From assembly GCA_002633005.1 (NCBI GenBank), contig NMRA01000014.1, positions 545,229 through 609,228 on the forward strand: 64,000 nucleotides of DNA, in the 5' to 3' direction. Below, one piece after another: positions 13,365 to 26,192 of the stretch. The number at the start of each line of letters is the position of its first letter. Position 1 is the stretch's first letter. A program made the translations under genes and the position numbers. The notes beneath the pieces are model-generated. The model made no database searches and had not been told where the DNA came from. It was given only the letters and a program-made list of their open reading frames with translations. The stretch comes from Phoronis australis. Lineage: Eukaryota > Animalia > Phoronida.

Positions 13365-16350
13365 GGGGCTTTTCGGGGAATTATCGCGGTGTCGTTGCTG
13401 TACTAGTGGTGATTGAATTGCGCATGCGTCGCTGTCTGCATTTAAACAGCTGGTAAAAAGACGGAAATGTTATCAAAATAACGTCGTCGCACTAAGCCTC
13501 ATTATTGCTGTTTTGCTTGGTGCAAGTCTTCAACAGGTGGTCACAAATTCAGGCTACTACATTCGTGAAGAATTGCGGTCAAAGGGTCAACCAACTGACA
13601 AAAAGTGTGTGGATGCCGAAGCCCCGTGTGTGCTCTTTGCATTTCCTTTGGGAGACTACATACTGTAACGTTACTTGGTAAGTTTTTAGCAACCAACTTT
13701 TTTTTCGACATCCTTCGGTGATGTTATCCCCACCAGTTACCCCACTGAATAATTTATTGAGTGGAATTGAGTGTTTCTTTTCGGAAACTCACCCGGTACT
13801 CGGATGCCGGGTAGCCTAGCAGCACATAATCACATATTGTCCTGGGTGGGAATGCGCCCAGCATAAAGAGGTGTATGGTACATGTACGTGACGCTCAGAA
13901 ACCAAAGGTGTCTTTTTCATAGCACTTTCTCTTCAAAGCTATGCTATGTCCAAAAAAAATCCTCTACATGAGTGAGTTTCCTTATTTTATAGCGACTCCC
14001 ACCCCAGGACTACCGGATAAGCTGCCTAATTAACATGAATAAGCTATTCAATAAATGTCGTAACATTGCATTAGAATGAAAATTGACACCTAGAATGAAT
14101 TTTACTTGTTGAGATCAAAAGCACATTCTAGGTGTCATGAAAAATACAAATTGTTAAATCACTTTAAGCCCGTGTCACAAATTTTAATTCAGGTCTTCCA
14201 TAGGACTTGGGTACAAAGATTATTAGTCTCTTCATATAAACATGAAGATGAAACGTAAAGTATTTTCTGCCTTACAAAAGTAGTTTTGTATGGTGTTTTC
14301 TTTTATAATTTTCTAATATTTCTCTGACTATTCTGTTACAGGAGAGAGAAAATGACCGAAACAAGCCGCCTGACCGTCTATTTTACCTTCAGCAATAACC
14401 TGAGAGAATTGAACCTAATTCAGAAATTCAGAGCTTAATATGCCTGATTATGGACTCGATTGCATTGGGAAAATTACAATTTTTTAACACAGTTGTTTCT
14501 TTGTATGTGTGAGGTTATTTAGTTAGCCATTTTGTTTTTAAATGCACTGACAAGTTTTTATTCTCAATTCTTGTGCATAGCAGATTCTTATCCAGCTAGC
14601 TACATTTGAAAACACACTTTTCTTGTATGTGGAACTTTGTTTATAAACAAGTTAACTCAAAACTTAAAATTGTTCAAAGAGCTTCTTAAGAAAGCTCATG
14701 CAAACAAAGGGAATAGTTCGTTTTGATCGCTGCACCATTTCTATAGGTCAACAGGAAAATGACAATTCGCAAGCGTATTCGGTAATCATTTAAGTTTTAT
14801 GAAGAATAAGCACAAATGCACTGTACATGTATGGGGCTTTAAAAACTGAAGAAGTATTGTGGGTTCAATAATTAGTGACAAACTTGCCTGTTGATGAAAA
14901 ATTTATTCGATCACTGAAGTGTAACATTAACTGGCTCTCTACTGACAATAAGACAATCGATGGCGTCACTGAATGTCATTTCGCCATAATTTGTGCCAAG
15001 TTGAAAAGTTTTTACCATTAGTATAAACCCTTTTTTCTGAAAGGATTAAAGTTAATGTCACTCAGTGATAAAGGACAATTACTTATACCTAATGCTTTTC
15101 TTCATTTCACTGGGATCTAGTTTTAAATGTCCTATAGAAGCGCTTGTAAAAAAGGTCCTGTTTGGGCCAGTGGCTTTCCTTCTGGTAAACTCATTCGGCC
15201 TCAATAGCATCCAAAATTAGATCCTTGAAGGAGTACACAAAAGAATATCACTTGACTCGTTTTGTGCCCAAAATCTGACTCTGAACTAGACCAGAGTGTC
15301 ACTACGTCTTCTTTAGCTTCAGTTTCTCGTGTTTCTTCCAGGAAAGGTAATAAGATATTGTCCATAAATGACTCATTGCCTATGAAAGGGCATCCTCACC
15401 AACGAAGCTGACTTGTGTAGCAGTCAGATATAGCTCCTCTTTCTCCTCCTTTTCTTCATACACGTCCAATCCACCGGCAAATTGTCTTATGGTAACGTAG
15501 TACTGCGATTCACATTTCTCCAGGGCAGCTGACTTTTACATTGTGCCATGCAACACTGCTGGTGTGTGGAAATGCTCTGGGAAAGGAGTAACAAAGCTTG
15601 TCTATGTTGAAACTTGAAGTGGCCTTAAAATGTCGCTGAACCTGAGACAAATATTGAAATATGAATAATTTGGTACTCCAGGTTGTGTTAAAAGTGCTAC
15701 CCCTGCTGTTTTCAAAAAAATGATACGGTGACTGCTCTACAATTTCACACAAACTTAAATAATAACTATTTTCAGAAAGCAAGGGTGTATATTGTATAAA
15801 ACTGTGTCTTTATTTTTCACTCGTAGCCACAACAATTCTTTAAACGCATCACTTAACTGCAAAATATGCAAGTTCTTTGAGACAATTTCAAACCTTTGTT
15901 ACCCATTTTCAAGCCTTTTTATTTTTGATACTTTCAGCAATTTTGAATTCCGATTAGAGAACCAAGGGTCTGTTAAGCATATTTCTATTCTAAAGCTGAA
16001 GGAACCGTATCTCAGACTTTTTATTTTTCTTCTAATAGAAGACATGAAGACTTGGGTCATGTTGTTTAAGAGTAATTATAAATTGTCAGTCACCATCAAA
16101 AATTCTATTTTCACAAAAATAGCAGTCATTTGAATTTATAAACGACTTGCAACATTTCAAGGCATGAGTTAAGACTATTCTGTCACTGAGAATTCAGTAA
16201 ATGTAATGTATTTTTATGGGTATACAATTGATAGCACAAAAGTTTCATGAAATAAACTTAAAGGAACGTCATGAAGGTTAAGACTAACCTCACCATGCTC
16301 TTTCCCCTAAACATGTATTACCTGTTATTTCCACACATTCAGTTGCACCA
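13365..16350 (+). mobile_element. Truncated ISL2EU-type (PHIS) transposon copy with decayed THAP (+) and YqaJ-like exonuclease (-) sequences
   Basis: Begins AT|GGGGCTTTTCGG. THAP remnant at 13467-13677 (HYCCFAWCKS...RVCSLHF, followed by GTAAGT). YqaJ remnant at ~15125-15575 on the - strand. The whole block is the reverse complement of 56033-58686. Confidence 0.75.
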
Positions 16351-17556
16351 GCCATCAACTATGTGCTGCTCTACCGGGCTACCCGTCGCAGCTTGACACA
16401 ATCCCGCATTCTTGGTGTCTTCTTTCTTAGTCCGTTCTTGCTGCGTGGAGGACGACTGCTCACTTGCACCGGACCTTTTGGACTGTGATTGTTTCATCCA
16501 GCAGTCCCTAGTTAGATGATCTTTGATAATTGAAACACTCCATGTCATCCTTGTTTCTGGTCATTTACGAACGAGGAGTTTCTGTCCTTCGTTCTTCTGT
16601 GTTGCTTGGCCGTGCCTGCCTTCTGGCTACCTGTCCCAAGTCTTTCTTTGCAAACCCTTTGCCCAACAAACCAGTACAGTGGGCGTCCACGTACTGTTGA
16701 GAAATGGCCGACATCTCGTCGAAGGTCTTCGGTTTCCGTTCCCTCAGGAATACTAACATGTCAGGATGGCATACTCCCAGAAACTGTTCTCGGATCACTA
16801 AGTCTCTGAGTCCATCATAAGTCGCCTCGACCTCCGCCAGTTGTGTCCATCGGTCAAAGAACCTTTTCAGTCTTGCCCCGAATTGGAACACGTTTTCACC
16901 CTTTTCAGGCTTGGACTCTGAACTTTCGTCGGAACCCATCTTAGTTAATTCATACCTGTGTAGCAGCGCCACCTTTAGTTCGTCATAGTTGTTAATTTGG
17001 TCGGACGGCATGTTGTTGAATACCTATAGGCCTTTACCCGCCAACAATGGACTCAAATTCACAGCCCACTCCGATTTATCCCATTTCTGGCTTGTGGCAA
17101 ATGTCTCAAATCTGGCCAGGAAGGCATCCATGTCGTCTACGCGCTCGTCGAACCTTGGCAGTTTGGGACGACTGGTACGTACACCACTGCTTGAAGCCCA
17201 CCACTAGGTGTCGCTTTGAGCTCAATCTGGAGTTGCAATGTCTTCTGCTTCTCAATCTCAATCACTTGGGCCCGCTCGGCTCGTTCTTGTTCGAGCTTAT
17301 GTTCATACTCGGCTTGCTCTAGCTCTCGCTGATGAGCACGCTCTGCTTGTTCCCGTGCAAGCTCTGCCTTTTCCAGCTCTTGTTTATGGGCACGCTCTGC
17401 TTATTCTTGTGCAAGCTTTGCCTGTTCCACTTCCCGTTTATGGACCAGCTCTTCCCGCTCCAAGGCCTGCCGCAAGAGCTCCTCTGCGCACTTCCTTAAC
17501 TCCTCACCTGTATAACAGAATTGTTTCGCTTGCGCAATATATTTTTCAAATTCCAT
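16350..17556 (-). pseudogene. gag: Gypsy/Ty3 (Gmr1-like) gag pseudogene with SCAN-like capsid domain
   Basis: ATG at 17556 leads to a coiled-coil E/R/Q-rich region, then PKLPRFDERVDDMDAFLARFE...W...LSPLLAGKGL* and ...YDGLRDLVIREQFL...RERKPKTFDEM. Stops and frameshifts are present, and pol is absent. Confidence 0.85.
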
Positions 17557-17665
17557 TCTAGAGGAAAGGTTTTATTCCCATAATGCACTGTATTAATTAA
17601 TATTCAAACAGTAATTACAGGATTCAAAACAATTCAACACAACCACGTAAATCTTTATTTAAACG

Positions 17666-17683
17666 CTCCCGGACTGGCCCCCA
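17666..17683 (-). promoter_or_regulatory. Primer-binding site for tRNA-Pro
   Basis: The - strand reads TGGGGGCCAGTCCGGGAG, 2 nt inside the LTR end. It matches the tRNA-Pro PBS consensus TGGGGGCTCGTCCGGGAT at 15/18 positions. Confidence 0.8.
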
Positions 17684-17685
17684 AA

Positions 17686-18558
17686 TGTCAGACGATTGAC
17701 TGTGGATTTGTTTAAAAGGTAGTTATGCTTTGAGCGTAGATGGAGAGTGAATAATCAAATCCAGTAATTAATTTATTATATGATAACCCCTAATTAGACA
17801 AATGAAACCTATTGTTAATTAAGTAATCAACTACAAAAAGTAACTACGCTAGCGCCCTCTTTAAAGATTACTTTAATCACACAACCAAACAATAAAATGT
17901 CTTATCTGCTATCCAAGCTAGGACTCTCCACTTGTTGGATGACTGTCCTGTTGGTGAATCTTCGAACTTCACACACTGTATAGCGACAGTGTACTTGCTG
18001 GTCACCGTCTCTGGTGATGCAACACTTGCAGGCAATTTCTTCTACCTGCGATTCTTCTTGCTGGTCACAGTCTCTGGCTGATGACGCAACCCCTCAGCTA
18101 ATACCTTACTACCCACAATGCAAGTGTCAAGCTTTTAGTTAACTTCCTGTTCATGAACCCTTGCCTAGAATCTTCCACGAGATAGCTCTATCGTACACTT
18201 TCCTCTGTACACTGTAGCAAGTCTCTATGCTTCGACTACTATAGCCCATCTATTTATCTTGTTGATTTCAATCTATAATGTAACATTCTACTTATTTAGG
18301 GATTGGCTAATAAAAACCACATGGTCATAACCACTCATATTATTGGCTGTTACAATTTGTTCTCAGAATTTTCTAGAATCTCAAGAGTACTTTGACCCCA
18401 GAACCCAAAGTTGTAAACACCATCTAAAAATAGATTTTGACGTTAAAGTACATGTCAATAAGTCTGACCCCATGATTTAAAAGTACATATGCACAAATTT
18501 TGGGCAACTTAAAATGGATCTATTGTTACTAATTACTTAATCAATATTTATTCTGACA
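17686..18558 (-). mobile_element. 5' LTR of the Gypsy element (873 bp)
   Basis: TGTCAG...CTGACA termini next to the PBS. Homologous, in inverted orientation, to the solo LTR at 50222-51406. Confidence 0.88.
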
Positions 18559-18990
18559 ATTGAGTATGGAATTTCTCAATCTCTTGTTTATATGTATGTT
18601 GTCAATTTTATTTCTGCTCCTGATTCCTTCCATGTCCATTGTCTACTTGTGTGATGTTTGAACCATGTGTGTGTAATCGTCATGTTGTTTACTCTGGCCC
18701 ATTCGATTAGTTTTTCTCCTCTATCGTTTTTTCCTATTCAACAAGGTCCGACTGTATTTTCGTGTCTTTGGTTTCATACTTTTGCATTGAAATCTCCTTG
18801 TATTCTAAGTGTGTCTTGTGATTTGCAGTAATGACTTTGCCAGTTGTAGATCGTTGTGAAGTGTGCCCAGGTCTTCTGGGCTTTGTGATGTTGGGGCACA
18901 GGGTTGTATAATTTTGATGTCAAAGGGTTTTTTCCTCAGTCTTATTAGGAGGACACGGTCTGATAAAGGCTAATACCCCTTCATCGTAAT
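18559..18990 (-). mobile_element. RTE-clade LINE fragment (AP endonuclease domain), abutting the Gypsy LTR
   Basis: The - strand translates to ...SDRVLLIRL...KPFDIKIIQPCAPT...GDFNAKV...NDRGEKLIEWARVNNMTITHTWFKHHTSRQWTWK, which are classic RTE APE motifs. Confidence 0.8.
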
Positions 18991-20820
18991 TGAGCAATGC
19001 GGTCATGAAAACCGGCAAATTTTAATGAAAATTTCACCAGCAATCCAGTCTCGGAGAATGTAATGTTTTTTCAAAAGGAAATAAATAAGAGTTTTAATCC
19101 TTCATTTAAAAAAATAAAGTTTTCTTGTTTTAAAGCAATGTTTTGTGAAGTAGAAAGAATAAATAATCATAATCTGCAATAAAAAAATGACTTAATTTTC
19201 ACCGAAAACAACTGTGTACAATCTGGTCAGGAAATAGAGTTTCTGACTTCAGACTCATTTTGTTGTGCTGGGTTACACATTGGTGTTTTTCATCAATACA
19301 CGTATTTTAGATATAAAATAGTAATTTTGGAACGGTAGTAGGCCTTCAATACTATAAGCCGGGCGCTCACATTACTGCAACTGACAATTTGACGCCAAAT
19401 TGGAAAGTGTTTCTAGTCATGTGACACAGTTACTCGCCGGGGGCAAAGTGCCCTTTTCGAAGTGTGATATCTAATGCACAAAGACGCTGAAGAGTAAAAC
19501 ATAAAAACATGTGTTTTAGCACTTACGTGCGTATTCAAGAGTGAATCACTCGATAGAAAAATATCATAATAAATTTGAGATCACAACCAGTGGCAGATAC
19601 CGGAGTGGTCTGTGTGGCAGCACGCTTGTCAATTGACCTATCGCAAGCTCCGCCCCCTTGTGAAAAGTAACGTGACACACGATAAACAAACAAGAGGTCA
19701 GAGGCAAATACACTGTCGCTAAACCACGTTCCTGGTGGAATTGATGAGTGTATTTTGAACTTTCCGAAATTGCTTCGACAAAAGCAACAGGCTATGCTTT
19801 TCAGCTAAGAATCGCAGGTTCATGATTTGGGAATTTTTAAAGGCCACGGTGAAAAAATAAGGTTTCAAGGAAAAGTATTTTGGAGCCAGCGAAAATCCGG
19901 AGAAACCCACACGGGGTTCACCCTCACTTGAAAATTGAAATGGCCACTGATGCCATATGTTCATATAAATCTTATAATATTAGGAAGCTTTGCCCTCCAC
20001 GGACATGGGAACATGTTTTGGTCTTTAGCAGAACTTATCACATGTGTTGTGCAAGAAATGGCACTGTTGATTAGTAATCTCACCAGTAGGAATATATTGT
20101 CCCAGACAGCGAGTCGTCAGCCTCACAACTAATTGTAATCTATTGTTTGTAAATCACAACGCTGCAAATTAATAGACGTATTCTATTGTTAAGGTATTCG
20201 TGTGTTGTTTTATTTATTACTGCATGCACGCCATCTGTCACGCATTGATACACCACAAGCTGGGCATGTACCTTATAGTCGAATTATGTGTACGATGCCA
20301 TAGATTTCAGGATATTTCGAACAAAATCAGTAAAAATTTGCCAATATTATTATTCTGCCGTCTGCTCAATTCCGCCAAATGAAAAGTAGGTCACAACTGA
20401 TGGGTTTCCCTGAGGAAGGTCGAGTCGATAGCACTGTTTATACTTTTCTAATCCTCGAAAGAAATATTTTGTTTAAAAAAATCAGGTTCATAGCTCGGGC
20501 ATATTCCTATCTTGTCCTAGGCAAGCAGTTAGCTCCGGTAAGTGTAGGACAGTCTCCAAGTCAGAATTAGTCATGGAATAAGCCGTAATCCAATACACCA
20601 TAAGGACATTTAAGTTAGGTCAACCTTCTGATGAACTTCCTATTTTTGTAGTTTCATTGCATAAAGGTAGCTTTCATTTAATTTTGAACCACGTGATGCT
20701 TACAAAAGATGACAAGCCTGGTGTAGTGGCAAAATGGCCATTTACAAACACATCTAAAATTGTTTTTGAAAGCTTCATAAATCCAAGCATCTTGTTTGAA
20801 CAATCACAAAATGACTTTAA

Positions 20821-21280
20821 AGGCGAAGGCAACCCTTTTTCATGTCATTTTGAGCTAAAATAAGGTTGGTTGGTTATCCTAGACATATTTTCCACTTAAT
20901 TACAGCTTTTCGTAATTTTGTTAATTACTCGTCCGCTACTCCGGAAGTGAAGTTTTAGGAGGCAAGCATTTCCCGCCAATTTCTTTTCATATAGTCTGAC
21001 TGTGAGAGCTGCCGAGTCAGTCATTGTTCTACCTTGGTTGTGTTAAGTTACGTCGTCGTTTGCTTTCATTTACTAGTCAGTCAACATGCCACACTGTTGC
21101 TGTGTACCGGGATGTACTAATTATCGTTTCACGCGCGCTTTGGGAGTACCTTAGCATCGCTTTCCGATGGATGACACACTTCGCCGTACTTGGCTCGTTC
21201 GTGTGAAGAACGCAGCGTTACCCGTCAACGCAACGTACAAAGCAGTCGAGAATTACCGTGTGTGTAGCAAGCACTTTCTT
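20821..21280 (+). mobile_element. Kolobok-like left end with THAP-domain pseudogene (21086-21280)
   Basis: Terminus TTAA|AGGCGAAGGCAACCC. ATG at 21086 gives MPHCCCVPGCTNY...*HRFPMDDTLRRTWLVRVKN...YRVCSKHF, the C2CH THAP signature with one stop. Confidence 0.7.
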
Positions 21281-21601
21281 GTCGCACAATTTCTTGAGCT
21301 ATAGACTAAAATAAGCTTTACCGACATCGTGTTGTTTATCGAGTAAAGTGGCGGCTTGGAAGCGCAGACGAAGGTGCGTCAAAAATGCTGCGTTCCGATT
21401 GGTCAGTTAAGCCTTCAGTCATAATCCTGGTGATAAGTCAATTGATTTATCACCAGCATTTTGAGCGACGGCTTAACTTGAATAAGCCTGAACGCTGCAT
21501 TCTTGACAAACCTTCCTTTCCAAGCCGCCATTTCACCCAACAAACAACACGTTGCTGGATAAAACTTAATGTTTGTTTATCGACAGTTCGCAAGGGGGCG
21601 G

Positions 21602-21731
21602 CAGGGGCGGATCCAAGAATTTGAGTTAGGGGGCCAGGGCAGACATTCACACCCCCGATCAGCCAAATGGAATCTGGGAGATTTTTAGGGGGACATGGCC
21701 CCCTTGCCCCCTCCCCCAAAATCCGTCACTG
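21602..21731 (+). mobile_element. CAGGGGCGGATCC-type MITE (hAT-like)
   Basis: CAGGGGCGGATCCAAGAATTTGAGTTAGGGGGCCAGGGCA...AAATCCGTCACTG; shares its 5' ~40 bp with 59252-59554. Confidence 0.7.
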
Positions 21732-23139
21732 CTTACGTAAACTTTATGAAACTGGACCAAATGATGGGATTTTTGAACACTTGCCGGCCACAGAGAAATG
21801 AGCTGTTGTATCACGTGACCATCACGAGGAGGTGCTTATAAAATTAGGTAGCCTCCCATAGCAAGGCGTCAGTGAATGTTTGAAATGTAGAATTATAGCG
21901 GAGGAAAATGCCAGCGTAAAACACAAGACGAAATTTAGAACTGGCTTGGAGAGAAGTAAGCGGTAAAATCTCTGTACTCTCCTAAGATATGTGTTCAAAT
22001 TTCAAAGTAGCTGGGTAACTTTTTTAGAGTTTTCTAAGATGCGCTACATCCGAAAACCGGCTGGACAGCTAACAGCACTCTCTCAAACAATGGCATTTCT
22101 AAAAATAACGTACGGCCTTAGTTAAATGTTTGAGTATCACCTACAATCCTTTGTGAATCCTACGGATAACGAAGGGCAATATTTTAACGCACGCAAATCG
22201 TCTCCCGAGTTCAAAATAACGCCAGTGTCAGAACTGAATAAGTCAGTGTAGGCCTATCACTCCAGTAACCTTCAGTATTGATGGCGGGGTTATTTACTTG
22301 ACTATAATGCACGTGCTGAAGTTTATTAGGATTGTTTCTCGATCGCATTTTGCTATTAACTGCACGGTAGAAGCACACATAGCTAGTAGAATTAAAAACA
22401 TACGGTTAGTAATATGTGCTTGAGGTTCATGGCAATAGGGCCGTCCCGGATTACACAGTAACACTCGAATCTCGCTGTATTTACCCACAATGCCGTAAAC
22501 ATTCGCCAGGCATATTTGCTGCCTCGTTTTCGAGCAACTGAAGTTTCACATGTTATTTGTTGTTGTCTGATTCTTAACAAGTTTTTCTCGGTTGCATTAC
22601 TCTATTTGTTCTTCCTATGCTAACGAAGTATTTAGTGTTGTGTTGTGGACTGCAACACACTTTCGACCTCCATCAACAAACCACGTGGACAGTGCATCCA
22701 ACGAAAGTACTTAGTCCATAACTGTAGTAACTCTTAATGTCATATAGTGGGCAGGTCCTTAATTAACGAACGTACATATTTACACATCTCTACCACCATT
22801 CATAGCCTATCTGTAATGCGAAAAGAAATAAACGTATAAGCCACAGTGTCGATATCATGCCAAAAGCACTCTTACAGGACACTAACATATTCAACTAGTC
22901 AGGGTTGGGCATAATTGGATGGGATCATTATAACTATTTCATTCTTACTTATGAAATCAAAATTTCATGTCATGCTTTACAAGCATATATGGAATGAATA
23001 ATTTCATCTCGTAAGAACGGAAGTACTTATAAAAGTTGCGAGTATGAAGTTACATTTTAACACCTTACGTTGCAAACTCAGGGTCTCGGAACCAGGCATC
23101 AGGGATCGGGAGCGCAGTCCGTGCTTGAATAGGCTCGTT

Positions 23140-23645
23140 GTAAATTTATTGAAAGTGTTAAAATTGGTCCGATTGGCACTGGCTCTTCTCTGCAGTTCAG
23201 AGGTCCCTAAATGCTTGGCCTTTGAAACTGAATCAGCTCTAGTTAAATGTGCTTTGAAACTTGAAGTATCAATTCTGGTTGCAGCCATAATCTCTTTGAG
23301 CTATCGTGCTATAAAAATAAGCCATCACAACCTTGTGAGGCCTTATGTAACCCAGAAATTGGTGGCTCTTTTGTTCTCGAGTCACTCTTTAATTGGCTGT
23401 TCTATACCAATATGTTCTAAGGTAGTTAACCGCACATAGCATCTCAATATGTTGAAAGGGCACGATGAACAAGGTAAGTGGGTCTGTTAGGTCCTTTGGT
23501 TTTAGTCAGTCCCGCAATGGGGATGTCAATCTTGTCCCCAAAGTCAGTTATTATTGTGGGGTTGATTTTGTGCAACTCCTAGCCTCTGGCAATTGCAGTC
23601 GACGCTAACGGCATTTCCAGTTTCTGGACTTTTTAGTAACAATTC
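23140..23645 (-). mobile_element. DIRS-like retrotransposon tyrosine recombinase remnant
   Basis: - strand: KLEMPLASTAIARG*ELHKI...GLTKTKGPNRP...IDTSSFKAHLTRADSVSKAKHLG...NFNTFNKF. This fits the R box and HxxR (HSTR) box of DIRS YR proteins; degenerate. Confidence 0.7.
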
Positions 23646-24494
23646 TTCTTTGTCTGCCAACAGTGCTATGATGGTTTGCCGAAAATGATGATCGGTACTT
23701 GTTCATAGTAGCGTACTCGAGTTCTCTGTGGAACGGGGCTACAAGACAGTCTGCTATATTTTCCAAATTGGCTTGAAAAGGAACAAGCGCTCGTTCACAA
23801 CACCAGCAAACCCATTTCTTCCAGGTGCTGTTTCAGTTCAATGTGAAGGCATCCGTCGTTATTGCCAGTGGGTTTGGCTTCCAGCTGACAGACTTCGTCG
23901 TTTAGGATGTCAAATTAAAACAAATTTAATCTGAGCCACCTACACCACGCATCTACACACGCTAAAACGTTCTAAGTTGTTCCCAAAACGTACGCACGTG
24001 ATAAGGGTACAGTCGGAGATAACCCGTCCATGACACCCTCATTAAGTGAGGTGTCTTTGTATTGTTGATAGATGTGCATTATTCAGAGAGAATAAAAGTC
24101 ATCTTTAATTTTGATAGTTTGATTACATAAAAGCCTCTCCTGTTTAGTGACAATTTCTGACGAGTGATGTTTTTAAATGCTGAAACGTTTCAGTTTGCGT
24201 TCTTTCCATAAATCATCATGAAAACGAATGCTTCAAAAACTACGTCCCGAAATTGCTGTTCTCAATGCAAGGTAAGGAATTGTTGGTACGAACACTCTCT
24301 TGTTCTATGCAATGTTGGTTACAAGTACATGTAGTTCAACTGATATTACATAAGTCGTGTGCATTAGGAACGTGCACTGTAAGCAGTATACCGAAATCTT
24401 TATTAACCTAAATTTGAAGATTGCCTAGTAGTTTGTAACAACTGATTTATGTAGAGCGAAAGCCTGACGCAACTGAAACTCTTGCTTAAAAACA

Positions 24495-24705
24495 GCATAC
24501 GACCACAATAAAATTTGGTCGGCGATGGCCGGTCGGCAAGCAAGGTCGGCAATAAGAGTACAGCTGGGGTGCGCCTTACGAGTCGGCAGTGCTGTCGGCT
24601 GAAGGTTGGGTACCTAGAAATTGGCCAAATGGTTGCCTACTTGGCGGACTGGCCGACTACTCCTAACCACAGGTTAAAAATTGCTATAGGGGGTCGTATG
24701 GTTTT
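24495..24705. mobile_element. Small MITE-like element with GTCGGC/GCCGAC internal motifs
   Basis: Short inverted termini CATACGACC...GGTCGTATG with repeated internal gtcggc. Confidence 0.4.
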
Positions 24706-24709
24706 CATA

Positions 24710-24900
24710 GGAGGCAGTGTGGCGAAGTGGAATGAGTCTTGGCCTAATTTACATAATTGAAAGGGTTCGATTGCCACTGAGGCACATTGCTAGACCTTTG
24801 AGTTAGGTTCCTAACTGCTCATCTCGTATTAATAAAGCATAAAAATTTTCCTGTTGATGGGTGCAATGGGCCAACATGTATGTAAGCGACCTGCGCTGCA
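24710..24900 (+). mobile_element. tRNA-derived SINE remnant
   Basis: Pol III A box TGGCGAAGTGG and B box GGTTCGATTGCC, followed by a core-like segment (gacctttgagttaggttcctaactgctc). No full cloverleaf. Confidence 0.5.
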
Positions 24901-26192
24901 TGAAACAACGTCTACCATACAACCTGCAATAAGTTATTCGTGTAGTTTCTCGCATCCTTTCGTCCTGAGCATGTATTGAAGTAGAAGTCTTAAAAAAAGC
25001 AAATCAATAGTTCACCTACCATTAAAAAGTAGCATGTGAAGAGACCTATCAGATATAGTTTAATTCATGTTTTTCAGTGTTTTGTTCTGCTGCTCCGGCA
25101 CACATGTGGAAGGTTGCTTTGATGGCGACGACTGTTAGAATTGGTAAGCATAACACTACTAACTATAATCAAGGACTAATACCTCTTCTATAGATTGAAT
25201 GTCTCTTCACGTTACATGCGATGAAGTTTAAAAGCACGACTTCACACGAGTCCATTGTCGCCATGGAAATTTGACGTCCCTTCGGTTCCGTCAAAATCGT
25301 CTACATCAAGAAACAAATAGGCGTACTCACAGACAGTTCACTAAATTCTTCCAAACTGAGTCCGTAGATGCGTTCAAAATTTGCACTAATGAAGTCTGAA
25401 AGTCCCAACAGACCTTAAAAACATCTTCGTCACGGAAGTTACAGGATTTACGACAACAATCATGAAGCGGGGAAACCATTAGCCTTGCTGACCCAAAGAA
25501 CTTGGTCCATTTCCTAACAAATTCCGACTTAAATCTTTTTCATAAATGAAGCAAGTACATGAGTCTGTAGGCTGCTCACTATCTTTATTCAATACAACGT
25601 TCATATTTCAGTGAAACGTTATCCTTATTTACGTAGCGATGCATGTATGAAGTGTGCACTGACATGCAGTTTCTGCGGACCAAAGCTGTGGCACTATTTA
25701 AAAAAGGTCAACCCAACGCACTTCACGTCAATTGTGTCAGGTCATACATGTAACTCCTTTGTTCCTAAAATAACGCGTAACAAATCACCAAGTAGAGGAT
25801 AAAGCGCTCCTACAATGACTTTTGACCTTTTTGACTTTTTTGGACCATGGATAATCATGTTTCAATGAAAAATTGAATTAAATAATGACTTAATTTGGAA
25901 AATAAGCGAGGAATTTTAATGAAAATTTGATAATTTTTGGTTTCCCTCCACGTGATGTCACCAGTGGAAGATGTCGATCAGTTCACAGTGTATAAGCGAT
26001 TGCGATAAGTAGTGGGGATTTTGCAAGTTACGAAGACCTAGAGAGCGAGCTTGATGAATATTACGAAGACTTCGCCATATCCATATCGTCAGACATTGCA
26101 TGTTTGAGGAAGTACGAACTCGACCCTCCGGCATCGAAGTCTTCGGCGAGTGAAGCCGAGTTGGAGCCCACCCAACTGTGCGAACAGTCCAG

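Noticed and set aside
17047-17561. Plus-strand ORFs of 91 and 107 aa
   Set aside because: They are antisense shadows of the repetitive coiled-coil region of the minus-strand gag.
24150-24200. Possible hammerhead (CTGACGAG...GAAACGTTTC)
   Set aside because: Core words are present, but stem I and stem II do not pair convincingly.
24710-24790. tRNA gene
   Set aside because: A and B boxes are present, but there is no acceptor stem or cloverleaf; interpreted as a SINE head.
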